Source: Longimicrobiales bacterium (GTDB lineage Bacteria; Gemmatimonadota; Gemmatimonadetes; Longimicrobiales; Gaopeijiaceae). Taken from it: a stretch of 64,000 bases of DNA. How positions within the stretch are numbered: the stretch's first letter is position 1; each line of letters starts with the position of its first letter. The translations under genes and the position numbers were made by a program. Shown in pieces: positions 1-10,503 of the stretch. Under the pieces are notes generated by a model. The model saw nothing but the letters and a program-made list of their open reading frames with translations, had not been told where the DNA came from and searched no databases. The DNA lies in contig CAXXKM010000002.1 of the NCBI GenBank assembly GCA_963664435.2, positions 480,001-544,000 on the forward strand. The letters run 5' to 3'.

Positions 1-16
1 ACTATGGTCCACGGCG

Positions 17-543
17 CTACGGCAACGGAATCCCGATGCCTGCCGTCACCAGCAGTGCACGCGTTGTCCCTTCCATAGCCTCGCCCGCCAGACCGAACAG
101 GCCGAGCATCTCCATCCCATGCGTCAGACCCATCGTCAACGGAGCCGTGTATCCGACGCCCAGCGCAGCACTGACATCGACGGGGTCGCCCCTGTCACGG
201 TCTGACCAGCGGAAGCCAACCGAGGGTGCCATCAACGCGAAGATCTGGTGCACACCTGCATCAGGGGAGCCGATCCGCGCCAGCACGGGGGTTTCGGCGT
301 AGCCGTCATAGCCTTTTCGCACCCACAGCGCCCCCGTGCGGAAGCCGACGCCTTCATCGCTCGGGAAATCGAGGTAGACGCCGCCCGAACCCCGGTCGTT
401 GTCTCATCGGAAATCACGGTGAATTGTGAGAAGGTCCGCAGCTCGCTCAACTGGCCTATTGAACCGCCTATCCGAAGGTTGAGGATCTGGCCGTCGAGCG
501 GACTCGCGACGAGCATCAGGAGTAGCGGCGAAATCATCTTCAT
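17..543 (-). pseudogene. Frameshifted outer-membrane beta-barrel (porin-like) protein
   Basis: ATG at 543 with GAGGAG RBS and signal peptide MKMISPLLLMLVASPLDG. After a frame change near 385-395 it continues GGVYLDFPSDEGVGFRTGALWVRKG...TAGIGIPLP (ORF 17..322 frame), with alternating beta-strand pattern. Confidence 0.5.
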
Positions 544-579
544 GGCGAGCAACTCCTCTTTCGGACCGATGATGTCCCC

Positions 580-2982
580 ATGAATACCCCCCGGTCCCGT
601 CCCGCCGTTTCCCCCAAGGCGCGCATCGCGGCGCTTGCCCGCGATGACAAGTGGTTTCTGGGGGGGCTGGACGGGGTGGTGTGGGCGCCGCCGTTTCCAC
701 AGTGGCTTCACCGGCCGGGGTTCTGGGATCCCGTGCACGTGCTGCAGCACGAGGTCGGCCCGGGGTTTTCGGTGGCGCTCGTGCGTCCCGATGGGCGGGA
801 ATACCCCCTCCGTGGAGCGACCCCGGGTCGGGACGGTCGCGAGTTGGCACCACGCAGGTGGCGGCCAGGGCGGCTGGCCACCACGTGGTCGGATGAGCGA
901 GGCGTCATCGTCGAGGAGCGCCGCCAGGTGCTGCCGGGAGGAATCCTGGAATCATCCTGGCAGGTTCCCGGGGAGTTCGAGGGCCACCTGGTCGGCTTCA
1001 CCGCGCAGCCGGCCGACGCGACCGAGGGGGTTGAACCCACGGAAGCCGGCTTGATCTGGACACGGGCCGTCTCGGACCGGCGTGGGCAGGAACTGGTCCT
1101 GCGCATGGAACTCGCGGGTTCGGTCTCGCCCGCGTGGCGGAGCATCGTGCCGTCCGAAGGAAGCGACGCACCCGAGTGGGGGCATTCTCCCTTTGCGGAG
1201 CACGGGATCGAGGCGGGGACTGCGGCACCCGCTGAGGCGGGCGTCCACTCCGCGCCCGGCGAGGCTTCCGACCCCGTGTCCGGCGCGGTTCCGGACCCGG
1301 ACCCGCACGCCGCAGCGGACGCGCACCGCTCCGGATGGATCTGGATCGCCGTCGCTTTGCCGCTGGCGGGACTCGACGATGGTCGCCCGCCGACCATCCG
1401 GATGACTCTACGGCCGCACGGCGCCCACCCGCGACGCACGGCTTCAGCGTTCTCGACCAACCAGCCCAGGAACTCCTCGACCCGGAACGCAACGTCCTCA
1501 GAGCCCCCGGCCGGTGAGATCTCCGAGACTCCCGCCGGCGAGACCTCGCCATGCTCCCCCTGGGAGTCCTTCTTCGGCGGTTTTCCCCGCTTCCAGTGCG
1601 GCGATCCGTTTCTCGACCGCTATTTCGACTACCGCATCCATGGCCTTGGCCTGAACCGCATCGAGGGTCGATGGGGTCCGATCCGGCACCCCGCCATCGC
1701 CGAGGGCCCGGAGTACTTCCACGTGCCGATCGCCTACAGCGCCCAGTGCCACATGATGGAGATGCGCTGGCGCAGGGGCGGGCGCGAGGCGTGGGGTTCG
1801 CTGTTGAACTTCGTCGACAACCAGAAGCCCGACGGCTCCTTTCACGGGCGCCTCTATCCGGAGCGCCTCGAGGGAACCGACTTCTACCACGCCAACTGGG
1901 GCGACGCGCTGCTCGCGGTCGACGACATGCACCCCGATGCGGCGGCGCTGGCCCGCTGCTACGAGGGACTGTCGCGCTACGCCTGCTGGCTGACCGGCGC
2001 GCGCGATCCGGAGGGATCCGGGATGTTCACCGTCACGAACCACTTCGAGACGGGACAGGAGTACATGTCGCGCTACATGGCCGTGGACAAGGAGGCCGAC
2101 GTGGCGGGGTGGCGCCCGCGGCTCCGTCTCAAGGGGATCGACGTCACGGTGTACGCGCACCAGCTGTTCCGCGCCCTCGGTGCGGTGGCGCGCCGATTGG
2201 AGCGGCCCGGCGACGAAGCCGACTGGAACGAGCTCGCGGCCCGCTGCTGGAGGGCGGTCGACGAGCGCATGTGGTCGGCGGAGGCCCGGCTGTTCACAGA
2301 CGTGGACGGGCGCACCGGCGCGCGTACCGGGGTGAAGGCGGCGGTGGGGTTCTACCCGCTGCTCACCGGACTGGTGGGCGGCGCGCGCCTCGACGCCCTG
2401 CTCGACCATCTCGAAGATCCCCGGACCTTCGGCACACCCTTCCCCCTGCCTTCGTCCAGCGTGGACGACCCGCGATTCTCCGCGGAGGGCGTCTGGCGGG
2501 GGAAGCGCCGCAACTGCCCCTGGAACGGACGGGTGTGGCCGATGACGACGAGCCACGTGATCGAAGGGTTGCTGCGCTGCTGGCGCGGCGGCGGCGGGCG
2601 GGCCGGCAGGCTCGCGGCCGACATGCTCAACCGCTTCGCACGCATGATGTTCACTGACGGCGATCCCTCGCGGCCCAACTGCTTCGAGCACTACAACCCG
2701 TACACGGGCCGCGCCTGCCACTTCCGGGGCATCGACGACTATCAGCACTCCTGGATCCTCGACCTGCTGGGGCGCGGATTCGCCGGGCTCCACGTGGACG
2801 CGTCGGGCGTCGAGGTGCGGCCGCTGCCGGGTGGTCCCGCCCGCGTGTCGCTGGGGCCGGTCATCGCCCGGGGGCGGACGCTGCACGTCGAAGTGGAACC
2901 CGCCCGCGTGAGCATCTCCGTGGATGGCGAGCGGTTCGACGGACCGCGCGGCGAGCCCCTGCGGGTTCCGTGGATCCCGTGA
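580..2982 (+). CDS. Glycoside hydrolase, GH63/MGH1-like (alpha/alpha)6 barrel
   Basis: 800 aa ORF; ETGQEY, WNGRVWP and CFEHYNP motifs; sugar ABC operon context. Confidence 0.75.
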   Translation: MNTPRSRPAVSPKARIAALARDDKWFLGGLDGVVWAPPFPQWLHRPGFWDPVHVLQHEVGPGFSVALVRPDGREYPLRGATPGRDGRELAPRRWRPGRLATTWSDERGVIVEERRQVLPGGILESSWQVPGEFEGHLVGFTAQPADATEGVEPTEAGLIWTRAVSDRRGQELVLRMELAGSVSPAWRSIVPSEGSDAPEWGHSPFAEHGIEAGTAAPAEAGVHSAPGEASDPVSGAVPDPDPHAAADAHRSGWIWIAVALPLAGLDDGRPPTIRMTLRPHGAHPRRTASAFSTNQPRNSSTRNATSSEPPAGEISETPAGETSPCSPWESFFGGFPRFQCGDPFLDRYFDYRIHGLGLNRIEGRWGPIRHPAIAEGPEYFHVPIAYSAQCHMMEMRWRRGGREAWGSLLNFVDNQKPDGSFHGRLYPERLEGTDFYHANWGDALLAVDDMHPDAAALARCYEGLSRYACWLTGARDPEGSGMFTVTNHFETGQEYMSRYMAVDKEADVAGWRPRLRLKGIDVTVYAHQLFRALGAVARRLERPGDEADWNELAARCWRAVDERMWSAEARLFTDVDGRTGARTGVKAAVGFYPLLTGLVGGARLDALLDHLEDPRTFGTPFPLPSSSVDDPRFSAEGVWRGKRRNCPWNGRVWPMTTSHVIEGLLRCWRGGGGRAGRLAADMLNRFARMMFTDGDPSRPNCFEHYNPYTGRACHFRGIDDYQHSWILDLLGRGFAGLHVDASGVEVRPLPGGPARVSLGPVIARGRTLHVEVEPARVSISVDGERFDGPRGEPLRVPWIP

Positions 2983-4163
2983 GTCGCGCCGGGCAGGGCG
3001 TCGTGCTGCGCGGCGTGGAGAAGCGGTACGGCGATGTCGTGGCGCTGCGGTCGCTGGACCTCGAGGTGCAGCCCGGAGAACTGATGGTCCTGGTGGGCCC
3101 ATCGGGGTGCGGCAAGAGCACCCTCCTGCGTCTCATCGCCGGGCTCGAAGCAACTACGTCGGGAGAGGTGTGGATCGGTGGACGGCGCGTGGACGACGTC
3201 GAGCCGGGTGCCCGGGACGTGGCCATGGTCTTCCAGAGCTACGCGCTCTACCCGCACATGACCGTGGCCCGGAATCTGGGCTTCGGCCTGCGCGTGCGCG
3301 GGACGCCGCGCGCGGAGCTCGATCGGCGCGTCGCGGAGACGGCAGGCGCGCTCGGACTCGCCGAATTGCTGGAGCGGAAACCCGGCCAGCTGTCGGGGGG
3401 ACAGCGCCAGCGCGTGGCCCTGGGACGCGCCATGGTGCGGGATCCCGGCGTCTTCCTGTTCGATGAACCGCTCTCGAACCTGGATGCGGAGCTGCGCTTG
3501 CGGACGCGCGACGAAATCGCCGCACTGCACCGACGCCTGGGCACGACGATGATCTTCGTGACCCACGACCAGGTCGAAGCGCTGTCGCTCGGCCAGCGGG
3601 TCGCGGTCATGGATCGCGGGCGGCTCCAGCAGGTGGGCACGCCGGACGAGGTCTACCGCCGGCCCGCCAACCTGTTCGTCGCCGGCTTCGTGGGGTCGCC
3701 GCCCATCAACCGCATCCCCCTGTCGCGTGACGGAGAGGGGTGCCTCGCGGGCGGTCCGTTCGTGCTCGCGGCGGCCTCGCGCCTCGACCGCGCCACGCTG
3801 GCGGTGCGGCCGGAAGACCTCGCGGTGGCCGGGCCCGGCGGGGCGGATGGCGACGTGCCCGGCGGGGCGGATCGCGGCGCGCACGGCGGGGCGGTCCATT
3901 GGAACCAGGCCGGTGGCTCGACCCACGCCGGCGACTTCCGGGCCTCCGTGCTCCGCGTGGAGATGCTGGGAAGCGAACAGCTCGTACACCTCGACGGCCC
4001 GGGTGACGAGGCGTGGGTGGCGCGCGCATCCCCCGCCCTTCGGGTCGGCCCCGGCGACCGGGTGCGCGTCTCCGTCGCCTGGGAGCGCAGCCACCTGTTC
4101 GGTCCGGATGGCCGCCGCGAGCAGGGCGCGCCGCGACCGGCGGGGCGGCAGGTCTCGCGATGA
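2979..4163 (+). CDS. Sugar ABC transporter ATP-binding protein (MalK/UgpC family)
   Basis: Walker A GPSGCGKS, VFQSYALYPHM, LSGGQRQR, FDEPLSNLDA; GTG overlaps the upstream TGA. Confidence 0.95.
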   Translation: MSRAGQGVVLRGVEKRYGDVVALRSLDLEVQPGELMVLVGPSGCGKSTLLRLIAGLEATTSGEVWIGGRRVDDVEPGARDVAMVFQSYALYPHMTVARNLGFGLRVRGTPRAELDRRVAETAGALGLAELLERKPGQLSGGQRQRVALGRAMVRDPGVFLFDEPLSNLDAELRLRTRDEIAALHRRLGTTMIFVTHDQVEALSLGQRVAVMDRGRLQQVGTPDEVYRRPANLFVAGFVGSPPINRIPLSRDGEGCLAGGPFVLAAASRLDRATLAVRPEDLAVAGPGGADGDVPGGADRGAHGGAVHWNQAGGSTHAGDFRASVLRVEMLGSEQLVHLDGPGDEAWVARASPALRVGPGDRVRVSVAWERSHLFGPDGRREQGAPRPAGRQVSR

Positions 4164-5524
4164 CGGGTCGCACCACGGTCGTGTTCGCCATCCTCGTCCT
4201 CGCGGCTGCCGCCTGCGCCCCCGGAGAGTCAGGCACAACGTTGCGTGTGGCCCTCTGGGCCGGAGGCCACGAACTCAAGATCGAGCGGCAGGTGGCCGAC
4301 CGTTACGAGGCCCTGCACCCCGGCGTGCGGGTCGTGCTCGAATCGGCCCCCAACGGATACGAGGAGCGGCTGCTGACCTCGATCGCGGCGGGGCGCCCGC
4401 CCGACGTCTACCTCATGGACTCGCCCGACATCCCCACCTTCGTGGAGCGCGGGCTGGCGCTGGACCTCGCACCCTGGCAGGAGGCCCTGGGGTTTCGGCC
4501 GGACAGCGTGTTCGGGCAGGTGGTGGACGCGTTTCGGCGTGGTGAATCCATGTTCGCGCTGCCGAAGGACTTCACGCCGATGGTCCTGTACGCGAATCGC
4601 GACGTGCTCGCCGCCGCGGGCGTTGAAGACCTTCTGCCGGCGGTGCCCTCGTCCACTCAGTCGCCAACTGCGCCGTCGTCGGCTTCGGTGTCGTCGGCCA
4701 CAGTGTCGTCCCCTGCCGCGCCGCTGGCCAGCTGGACCTGGACCGACTTCCGGCGGGCCGCCGAGGCGGTCGCCGCCGACACCGACGGCGATGGCCGGCA
4801 GAACGTGTTCGGGTTCGACTTCCCGCGCAACCTCTACCAGTGGGTTCCGTTCGTGTGGTCGGCGGGAGGCGACATTCTGGCGCCCGGCGGCAGCGGGGCG
4901 GCGGGGTACCTGGACGGGCCGGAAGCGCTGGAGGCCTACCGCTTCCTGACAGCCCTGGCGGAGGACGGACTCACCCCGGGCGCGCAGTTCGTCCAGCAGG
5001 GAGACCCCGCGCGGGAGGCGCGCTTCGCATCGGGCGGACAGGCGTTTCTGCTCTCGGGCCACTGGACGCTCCCCGTATTCCGCGACCTGGTGGAGGCGGG
5101 CGACCTGGACCTGGCCATCGTCCCCCTCCCGCACCATCCGTCGGAGGCGGCCACGACCAGCGTGCTCTACGCGTCGGGATGGGCCGTGGCGCCCAACGCG
5201 CCGAACCTGCGCCGGGCCATCCACCTGGCGGGCTTCCTCGCCTCGCCCGAAGCGCAGCGCGTCCGGGCGCGTCCGGGGCTCGCGATTCCGTCACGGATGG
5301 ATGTGGCGACGGAGATGGCCGCGGCGGACGGCACGGGGGTCGAGGCCGCATTCCTCGCGCTGGTGGAGGGCGCGCGCATGACGTGGGGGGCGCGGGTGCG
5401 CGACTTCTCCCGCATCGAGGCGCTGGCGGTGGAGATCATGGACCGACGGCTGGTTCGGGGAGAGGCGCTTACCTCGAGCGCCTCGGACGTGGCCCGCCGC
5501 ATCGACGCGGAGTTCGGATGGTGA
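4160..5524 (+). CDS. Sugar ABC transporter substrate-binding lipoprotein
   Basis: ATGA overlap at 4160; lipobox-like LAAAAC; GRPPDV and ALPKDFTPMVLYAN motifs. Confidence 0.9.
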   Translation: MTGRTTVVFAILVLAAAACAPGESGTTLRVALWAGGHELKIERQVADRYEALHPGVRVVLESAPNGYEERLLTSIAAGRPPDVYLMDSPDIPTFVERGLALDLAPWQEALGFRPDSVFGQVVDAFRRGESMFALPKDFTPMVLYANRDVLAAAGVEDLLPAVPSSTQSPTAPSSASVSSATVSSPAAPLASWTWTDFRRAAEAVAADTDGDGRQNVFGFDFPRNLYQWVPFVWSAGGDILAPGGSGAAGYLDGPEALEAYRFLTALAEDGLTPGAQFVQQGDPAREARFASGGQAFLLSGHWTLPVFRDLVEAGDLDLAIVPLPHHPSEAATTSVLYASGWAVAPNAPNLRRAIHLAGFLASPEAQRVRARPGLAIPSRMDVATEMAAADGTGVEAAFLALVEGARMTWGARVRDFSRIEALAVEIMDRRLVRGEALTSSASDVARRIDAEFGW

Positions 5525-5588
5525 GCGGCGCGTGTCACCTCGCTTCGCGCAGGTTCTCGGCCGTGATGCTGCTCTACGCGGAGTTCGG

Positions 5589-7439
5589 ATGATGAACGGC
5601 ACCCGCGTCGTGCGGGATCGCCAGGACGGCGGGCGGGTGCGTCGGCCAACCCTTGCCGCTCTCGCCGCTGTCACCTTCGCCGCCGGCGTCGGGTTGGTGT
5701 TGGCTGTCGCGGCGGGCCGGGTGGAGGGCGCGCGCGAGGCCGTGGCGGAAGCCGAGGCGCGCATGGCCGCCGCGCTGTGGGAGGAGGAGGGGGGCGGCGC
5801 CGATGCCGTGGCCGGGCTGCTCGGCGACCGGGCCTCGATTCTCGGCACGAACGCCGGAGGCGCCGGGCCGGGCGCATACGCCTACCAGGCCGGCGCGCTT
5901 GAGCCCGCCGCCTGGATCGCGGTCGCGCCCCGTGGCGCGGGCAGCGCCTCGACCGCCTTCCCCGCCACCGCCACCGCCATCGCGCTGGCGGGCCTGGCGC
6001 TCATCGCCGGCTGGGCCGGCGTCCGGCGCCACGCACCCGCGCGCTCACGCTACCCGGCAGGCATCGCGCTCCTCTCGGTCGGCTGCATCGCGGTGACGGC
6101 GGTCGCCGCCGAACGGTGGGCGGATCGCGAACTCGGCGCGCTGAGCGCCGCCAGGGTGGGCCAGGGCGCTCGCGCGGTCGAGCTCGTCCTGGCGACCGGC
6201 GCGGATCCCGCCCGTGCCGCCCGGGTCGCCCATCTCCCGTGGGCCGAGGACGGTGCGCTGGAGTCTCCTGACGAGCAATGGACCATGCCGGTCGAAGTCG
6301 CGGCAGCCATCGTCGCCTCGCTCGAACGGGGCGCGGGAGGCCTCGCGGCGTTGTCCCCCGATCTGCCTTCCATGACGCCCGCCTTCACGCCCTACACGGT
6401 GGAGGCGGAGGGCGCCACCTGGCACGCCGCCCGGACCGCCGACATCCACCTCGCCTTCCTCGGATACGAGCGCACCGCCTCGCCCGCCCTCACGCTGGCC
6501 GGCGGCGGCGCGCTTGCCGCCCTGCTGGTGACGCTGGTCCTCCACCTCGTGCAGCTCTCGGCGCGCCCCCGCACCCTGCGCCGAACCCTGGCGGCGTGGG
6601 GCCTCCTCGCGCCCGCCGCAGCCCTCATCCTCGCGTTCACGCTCGGGCCGCTCCTCTTCTCCCTGTGGATCTCGCTGCACGAATGGCGTCTCATCGACCC
6701 GGCACCCCTCTTCCTCGGCCTCGACAACTATGCCGCGCTGCTCGTCGACGGCGAGTGGTGGTCGGCGATCGGGAACACGGCGCTGTTCACGCTGCATGTG
6801 CCCGCCGCGATGGCCATCGCCCTCGCCCTGGCGCTCCTCACCCGGGGATCGCGCCGCGCGTTGCGCTGGGCCCGGCTCGCCCTCTTCCTGCCCGCCATCA
6901 CCAGCGTGGCGGCGATCGCGGTCGTCTGGAAGTGGCTGCTGAGCGACCAGTACGGGCTGCTGAACCGGGTGCTGGAGCGCGCAGGGCTCGAGTCCGTCCC
7001 GTGGCTCACCTCGCCCGACACGGCGCTCGCGAGCCTCATGGTCATCGGCATCTGGATGGTCGTGGGCTACCAGATGGTGGTCTTCCAGGCGGGCCTCGCC
7101 GCCATCCCGCGCGACTGGTACGATGCGGCCCGGGTCGACGGCGCGGGGCCGTGGCAGCGCTTCCGCCACATCACGCTGCCCGGCCTGCGCCATACCCTGT
7201 TCTTCGTGCTCGTTACGTCGATCATCGGATCCTTCCAGGTCTTCGGCCTCGTCTATGTGATGACCGAGGGCGGCCCGCTGGGGGCCACCGATGTCGCCGT
7301 CTACCACATCTACCGGGAGGCGTGGGAGTTCCTGCAGTTCGGCAACGCGGCCGCGATGAGCTGGCTGCTGTTCGCCGTCGTGTTCGCCGCCACCTGGCTG
7401 CATTTCCGCTTCCTCGATACGCGCCGCGCCCATGGCTGA
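5589..7439 (+). CDS. Sugar ABC transporter permease with long N-terminal extension
   Basis: C-terminal half has FLGLDNY, EAA-like loop YDAARVDGAGPWQRF and GGPLGAT; start codon uncertain. Confidence 0.85.
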   Translation: MMNGTRVVRDRQDGGRVRRPTLAALAAVTFAAGVGLVLAVAAGRVEGAREAVAEAEARMAAALWEEEGGGADAVAGLLGDRASILGTNAGGAGPGAYAYQAGALEPAAWIAVAPRGAGSASTAFPATATAIALAGLALIAGWAGVRRHAPARSRYPAGIALLSVGCIAVTAVAAERWADRELGALSAARVGQGARAVELVLATGADPARAARVAHLPWAEDGALESPDEQWTMPVEVAAAIVASLERGAGGLAALSPDLPSMTPAFTPYTVEAEGATWHAARTADIHLAFLGYERTASPALTLAGGGALAALLVTLVLHLVQLSARPRTLRRTLAAWGLLAPAAALILAFTLGPLLFSLWISLHEWRLIDPAPLFLGLDNYAALLVDGEWWSAIGNTALFTLHVPAAMAIALALALLTRGSRRALRWARLALFLPAITSVAAIAVVWKWLLSDQYGLLNRVLERAGLESVPWLTSPDTALASLMVIGIWMVVGYQMVVFQAGLAAIPRDWYDAARVDGAGPWQRFRHITLPGLRHTLFFVLVTSIIGSFQVFGLVYVMTEGGPLGATDVAVYHIYREAWEFLQFGNAAAMSWLLFAVVFAATWLHFRFLDTRRAHG

Positions 7440-8253
7440 CGGCACCGGCGCACCCCGGATGGCGCGCGGGCTGCTGCTCGCCGCGGCGTGCCTCGTCATG
7501 GCGTCGCCCTTCCTGTGGATGGGACTGACGAGCCTCATGGGGCAGCTCGAGGTGTTCTCCGGCGGAGGCATCCTGCCGCAGGCGCCCCGGTGGGCCAACT
7601 ACCCGGAGGCGCTGACGGTGCAGCCCTTCGGCCGGTACTTCCTGAACTCGCTGGTGTTCGCGACCGCGGTGGCGGCGGGCCAGGTCGCGACCTCGGCCAC
7701 CGCGGGGTACGCCTTCGCGCGCATCGACTTTCCAGGCCGGGATCGGCTCTTCATGCTCTTCCTGTCGACGATGATGGTTCCGGCGGTCGTCGTGCTCATC
7801 CCCCGCTTCCTCGTCATCGACGCCCTCGACTGGATCGACACCTACCAGGGGCTCATCTCCACCGAGCTCGTCTCGGTGTGGGGCATCTTCCTCATGCGAC
7901 AGTATTTTCGGACCGTGCCCCGCGAACTGGAGGACGCCGCGCGCGTGGACGGCGCCGGGCATCTGCGCATCTTCTGGAGCGTCGCCCTGCCGCTCGCGAA
8001 GCCCGCCGTGGCCACGCTCGCGCTGTTCGCGTTCGTCGATGCCTGGAAGAACCTGCTGTGGCCGCTCCTCGTCACCCGGTCCATGGAAATGCGGGTGGTC
8101 GAGGTGGGGATCGCCGCCTTTCATTCGACCTACGAGATCAACTGGCCCTACCAGATGGCGGCCGGGGTCGCCGCGGTTCTGCCCATCGCGCTCCTGTTCC
8201 TGTTCACGCAGCGGTACTTCGTGCGGGGGATCCAGTTGGAGGGGATCCGGTAG
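7432..8253 (+). CDS. Sugar ABC transporter permease (MalG-like)
   Basis: EAA motif ELEDAARVDGAG, PLAKPAVAT, FTQRYFVRGI. Confidence 0.95.
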   Translation: MADGTGAPRMARGLLLAAACLVMASPFLWMGLTSLMGQLEVFSGGGILPQAPRWANYPEALTVQPFGRYFLNSLVFATAVAAGQVATSATAGYAFARIDFPGRDRLFMLFLSTMMVPAVVVLIPRFLVIDALDWIDTYQGLISTELVSVWGIFLMRQYFRTVPRELEDAARVDGAGHLRIFWSVALPLAKPAVATLALFAFVDAWKNLLWPLLVTRSMEMRVVEVGIAAFHSTYEINWPYQMAAGVAAVLPIALLFLFTQRYFVRGIQLEGIR

Positions 8254-8255
8254 CG

Positions 8256-10400
8256 ATGCGCGCGTCGGGGCCTGAGATGATGCGCGTCGGGGCCTTCGAG
8301 GCGCGTCGATGGGCCGGCCTCGTGTTTGCAGCCGGACCCGGCGAGGGCATCGGCCTCCGCCTCGTGTTCACCACGCCGGACGGGCGACGCCGCGAGTTGG
8401 AGGACTGGTACTGGATGGTCTCCCGCGTCGGCTCCCACGCGCCGGACGGCAGCTACGCGCGCATGGAGTTCGACCTCGCCGCAGAGCCCTCGCCGGCATC
8501 CCGCCCCGCAGAGACCACGCTCGTTCTGGAGTGGTCGCGCCGTGAGGACGCCGTAGCGTTGCGGGCGGTGGCGCGCGCGCCGGGACGGATGGAGCTGGTG
8601 GGCGACGATCCATGGGGATGGAAGGCAAGGTGGGAGGAAGCGTCCGGCGGCTGGCGCGCGGCCCCTGGAGGCGTGGAGATCGCCGCTGCGTTCGGGCCCC
8701 GGGCCGGAGATACGGTCGCCGCCGTGGTCGCCTGGAGGCCGGAGGAGGCGCCGTCCCGATCCGCCGCGGGGACCGCGGGCGGTGATCGCCTTCGTCGTGG
8801 TCCAGCCAATGCCAACCGGCCCGCCTCGGCCGCCCTGGCCCGCGCGCGGCGCCTGCTTCCCGGGCTGGACCGCTGGATCGACGACGCACGGGCCGACTGG
8901 GACCGCCGCCGCCCACGTTCGTCGGGGGCCGCGGAGGGATTGGTCGAAGCGGTCGCGGACAGCCTGATGTGGACCGTCCTCCTCCAGCCGGAAACGGGAC
9001 GCCTGTACGCGCCGGCCGGCCGCCGCTGGATCTTCCCGAAGCCGCGGCACGGCGCACGGCGGGAGAGTACACCGGAGGATCGCGCGGAGGAGAGCGCACC
9101 GGGGGATAGCACGCGGGACCTCGGACCCGCCCCCGACGACTGGACAATCTTCGGGTGGGATTCCTTCTTCAACGCCCTCGCGCTCGCCATCGCTTCGGGC
9201 CGGCTGGCCTGGGACGCGCTCCTCGCCGGGCTCGCGTCGCGCTACCCGAACGGAAACGTGCCCAACTGGAGGAGCCGGCTGGCCGGAACGCCCGACCGCT
9301 CCCAGCCGCCTGTCGGATCGTTCGCCGCCTTGAAGCTGCATCTCGCGCACCCGGATGAGGACGCGCTGGCCGCCGCCTGGCCGGGGCTGCTCGCGTGGAG
9401 CGACTGGTGGGTGGCCGACAAGCGTGGACGCCCGCGCCGGGAAGGGCTCACGCCGGGACTGCTCGCGTGGGGCTCGGATTCGGCGCTGGTTCCGGGGCCC
9501 GAACAGCTGCCCGAGTGGGAAGTGGGCGCCAGCGGCCACCAGCGGGCGGCGTGGGAGTCCGGCCAGGACGACCTGCCGCTGTGGGAGGACGCGGAATGGG
9601 ATCCCCGGCGGGAAGTCCTCGCCATGTCCGCCGTCGATCTGTGCAGCTACCGCGCCCTCGACCTCGAGTGCCTGTCCCGGATCTCCCGCATCCTGGGCGA
9701 CCCGGCGGCCGCGCGACGGCTGGAGGCCGAGCGCCGCCGCCTCGTCGCGACGATGAACGAGGTGCTGTGGTGCGACGCCGCCGGGCTCTACCTGGACGAG
9801 CTGCCCGCAGGCCGGTCAACGCGCGTGGCGGCGTCGAACTTCCTTCCGCTGATTGCCGGCGTGCCATCGGCCCGTCGGGCGCGGCGCATGGTCGGCGTGC
9901 TGCGCGATCCCGCGCGCTTCTGGGGAGAGTGGGTGCTCCCGACCATCCCGCGGGACGACCCCGCGTTCGACGACCAGCAGTATTGGCGCGGCTCCATCTG
10001 GCCGCCCATGAACTACCTCGCGCTGCAGGGCCTGCGCCGCTACGGTTTCGACGAGGTGGCCAGCGAACTCGCGTGGAGGGGGGCGCTCATGTTCCTGGCC
10101 GACCGGCGCCGCACGGGTTTCTGCCGCGAGAACTTCGACGCGCGCAGCGGCCGGGGACGGGGCCATCGCTTCCAGAGCTGGGGGCCACTGTTCGCGCTGG
10201 GCGCCATCGAGGAGTTCGTCGACGCCTGTCCCTGGCGCGGACTGCGCACCGGCTCCCGGCTGCCCGCGTTCGTCGCCCGCAAAGGGGGACGCTTCGCCAC
10301 AACAGACCCGGGGGGTGGAGACACCCAGGCTCCCACGTGGGCCCGCATCGATGGGCTCCGCCTGGCGGGTCGGGCGCGCTCGGTTCAGCTATCGCGATAG
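8256..10400 (+). CDS. Glycoside hydrolase, GH63/trehalase-like
   Basis: FGWDSFF, RSQPP, WESGQDDLP, YWRGSIWPPMNY and ENF motifs; ATG at 8256 follows the permease stop. Confidence 0.85.
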   Translation: MRASGPEMMRVGAFEARRWAGLVFAAGPGEGIGLRLVFTTPDGRRRELEDWYWMVSRVGSHAPDGSYARMEFDLAAEPSPASRPAETTLVLEWSRREDAVALRAVARAPGRMELVGDDPWGWKARWEEASGGWRAAPGGVEIAAAFGPRAGDTVAAVVAWRPEEAPSRSAAGTAGGDRLRRGPANANRPASAALARARRLLPGLDRWIDDARADWDRRRPRSSGAAEGLVEAVADSLMWTVLLQPETGRLYAPAGRRWIFPKPRHGARRESTPEDRAEESAPGDSTRDLGPAPDDWTIFGWDSFFNALALAIASGRLAWDALLAGLASRYPNGNVPNWRSRLAGTPDRSQPPVGSFAALKLHLAHPDEDALAAAWPGLLAWSDWWVADKRGRPRREGLTPGLLAWGSDSALVPGPEQLPEWEVGASGHQRAAWESGQDDLPLWEDAEWDPRREVLAMSAVDLCSYRALDLECLSRISRILGDPAAARRLEAERRRLVATMNEVLWCDAAGLYLDELPAGRSTRVAASNFLPLIAGVPSARRARRMVGVLRDPARFWGEWVLPTIPRDDPAFDDQQYWRGSIWPPMNYLALQGLRRYGFDEVASELAWRGALMFLADRRRTGFCRENFDARSGRGRGHRFQSWGPLFALGAIEEFVDACPWRGLRTGSRLPAFVARKGGRFATTDPGGGDTQAPTWARIDGLRLAGRARSVQLSR

Positions 10401-10469
10401 GTGCGCACCGTTATCCGGTGCGTAGCAGTGCTGTTCATGGACATAATCCCCCGAACGCACCGCTTTTCG

Positions 10470-10498
10470 TTGCGCATCCTGTGAGCCATGGTTACCAT
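10470..10498 (+). promoter_or_regulatory. Putative sigma70 promoter of the Xre-RES pair (leaderless)
   Basis: TTGCGC-N17-TACCAT, 5 nt before ATG 10504; no RBS. Confidence 0.5.
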
Positions 10499-10503
10499 CT
10501 CGC

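Noticed and set aside
7488..8255. N-terminal extensions of ORF-track calls (970 aa GH, 521 aa methyltransferase, 427 aa YfiT, 723 aa GGT, 742 aa ThiC)
   Set aside because: They overlap neighbouring genes; downstream starts fit the family lengths.
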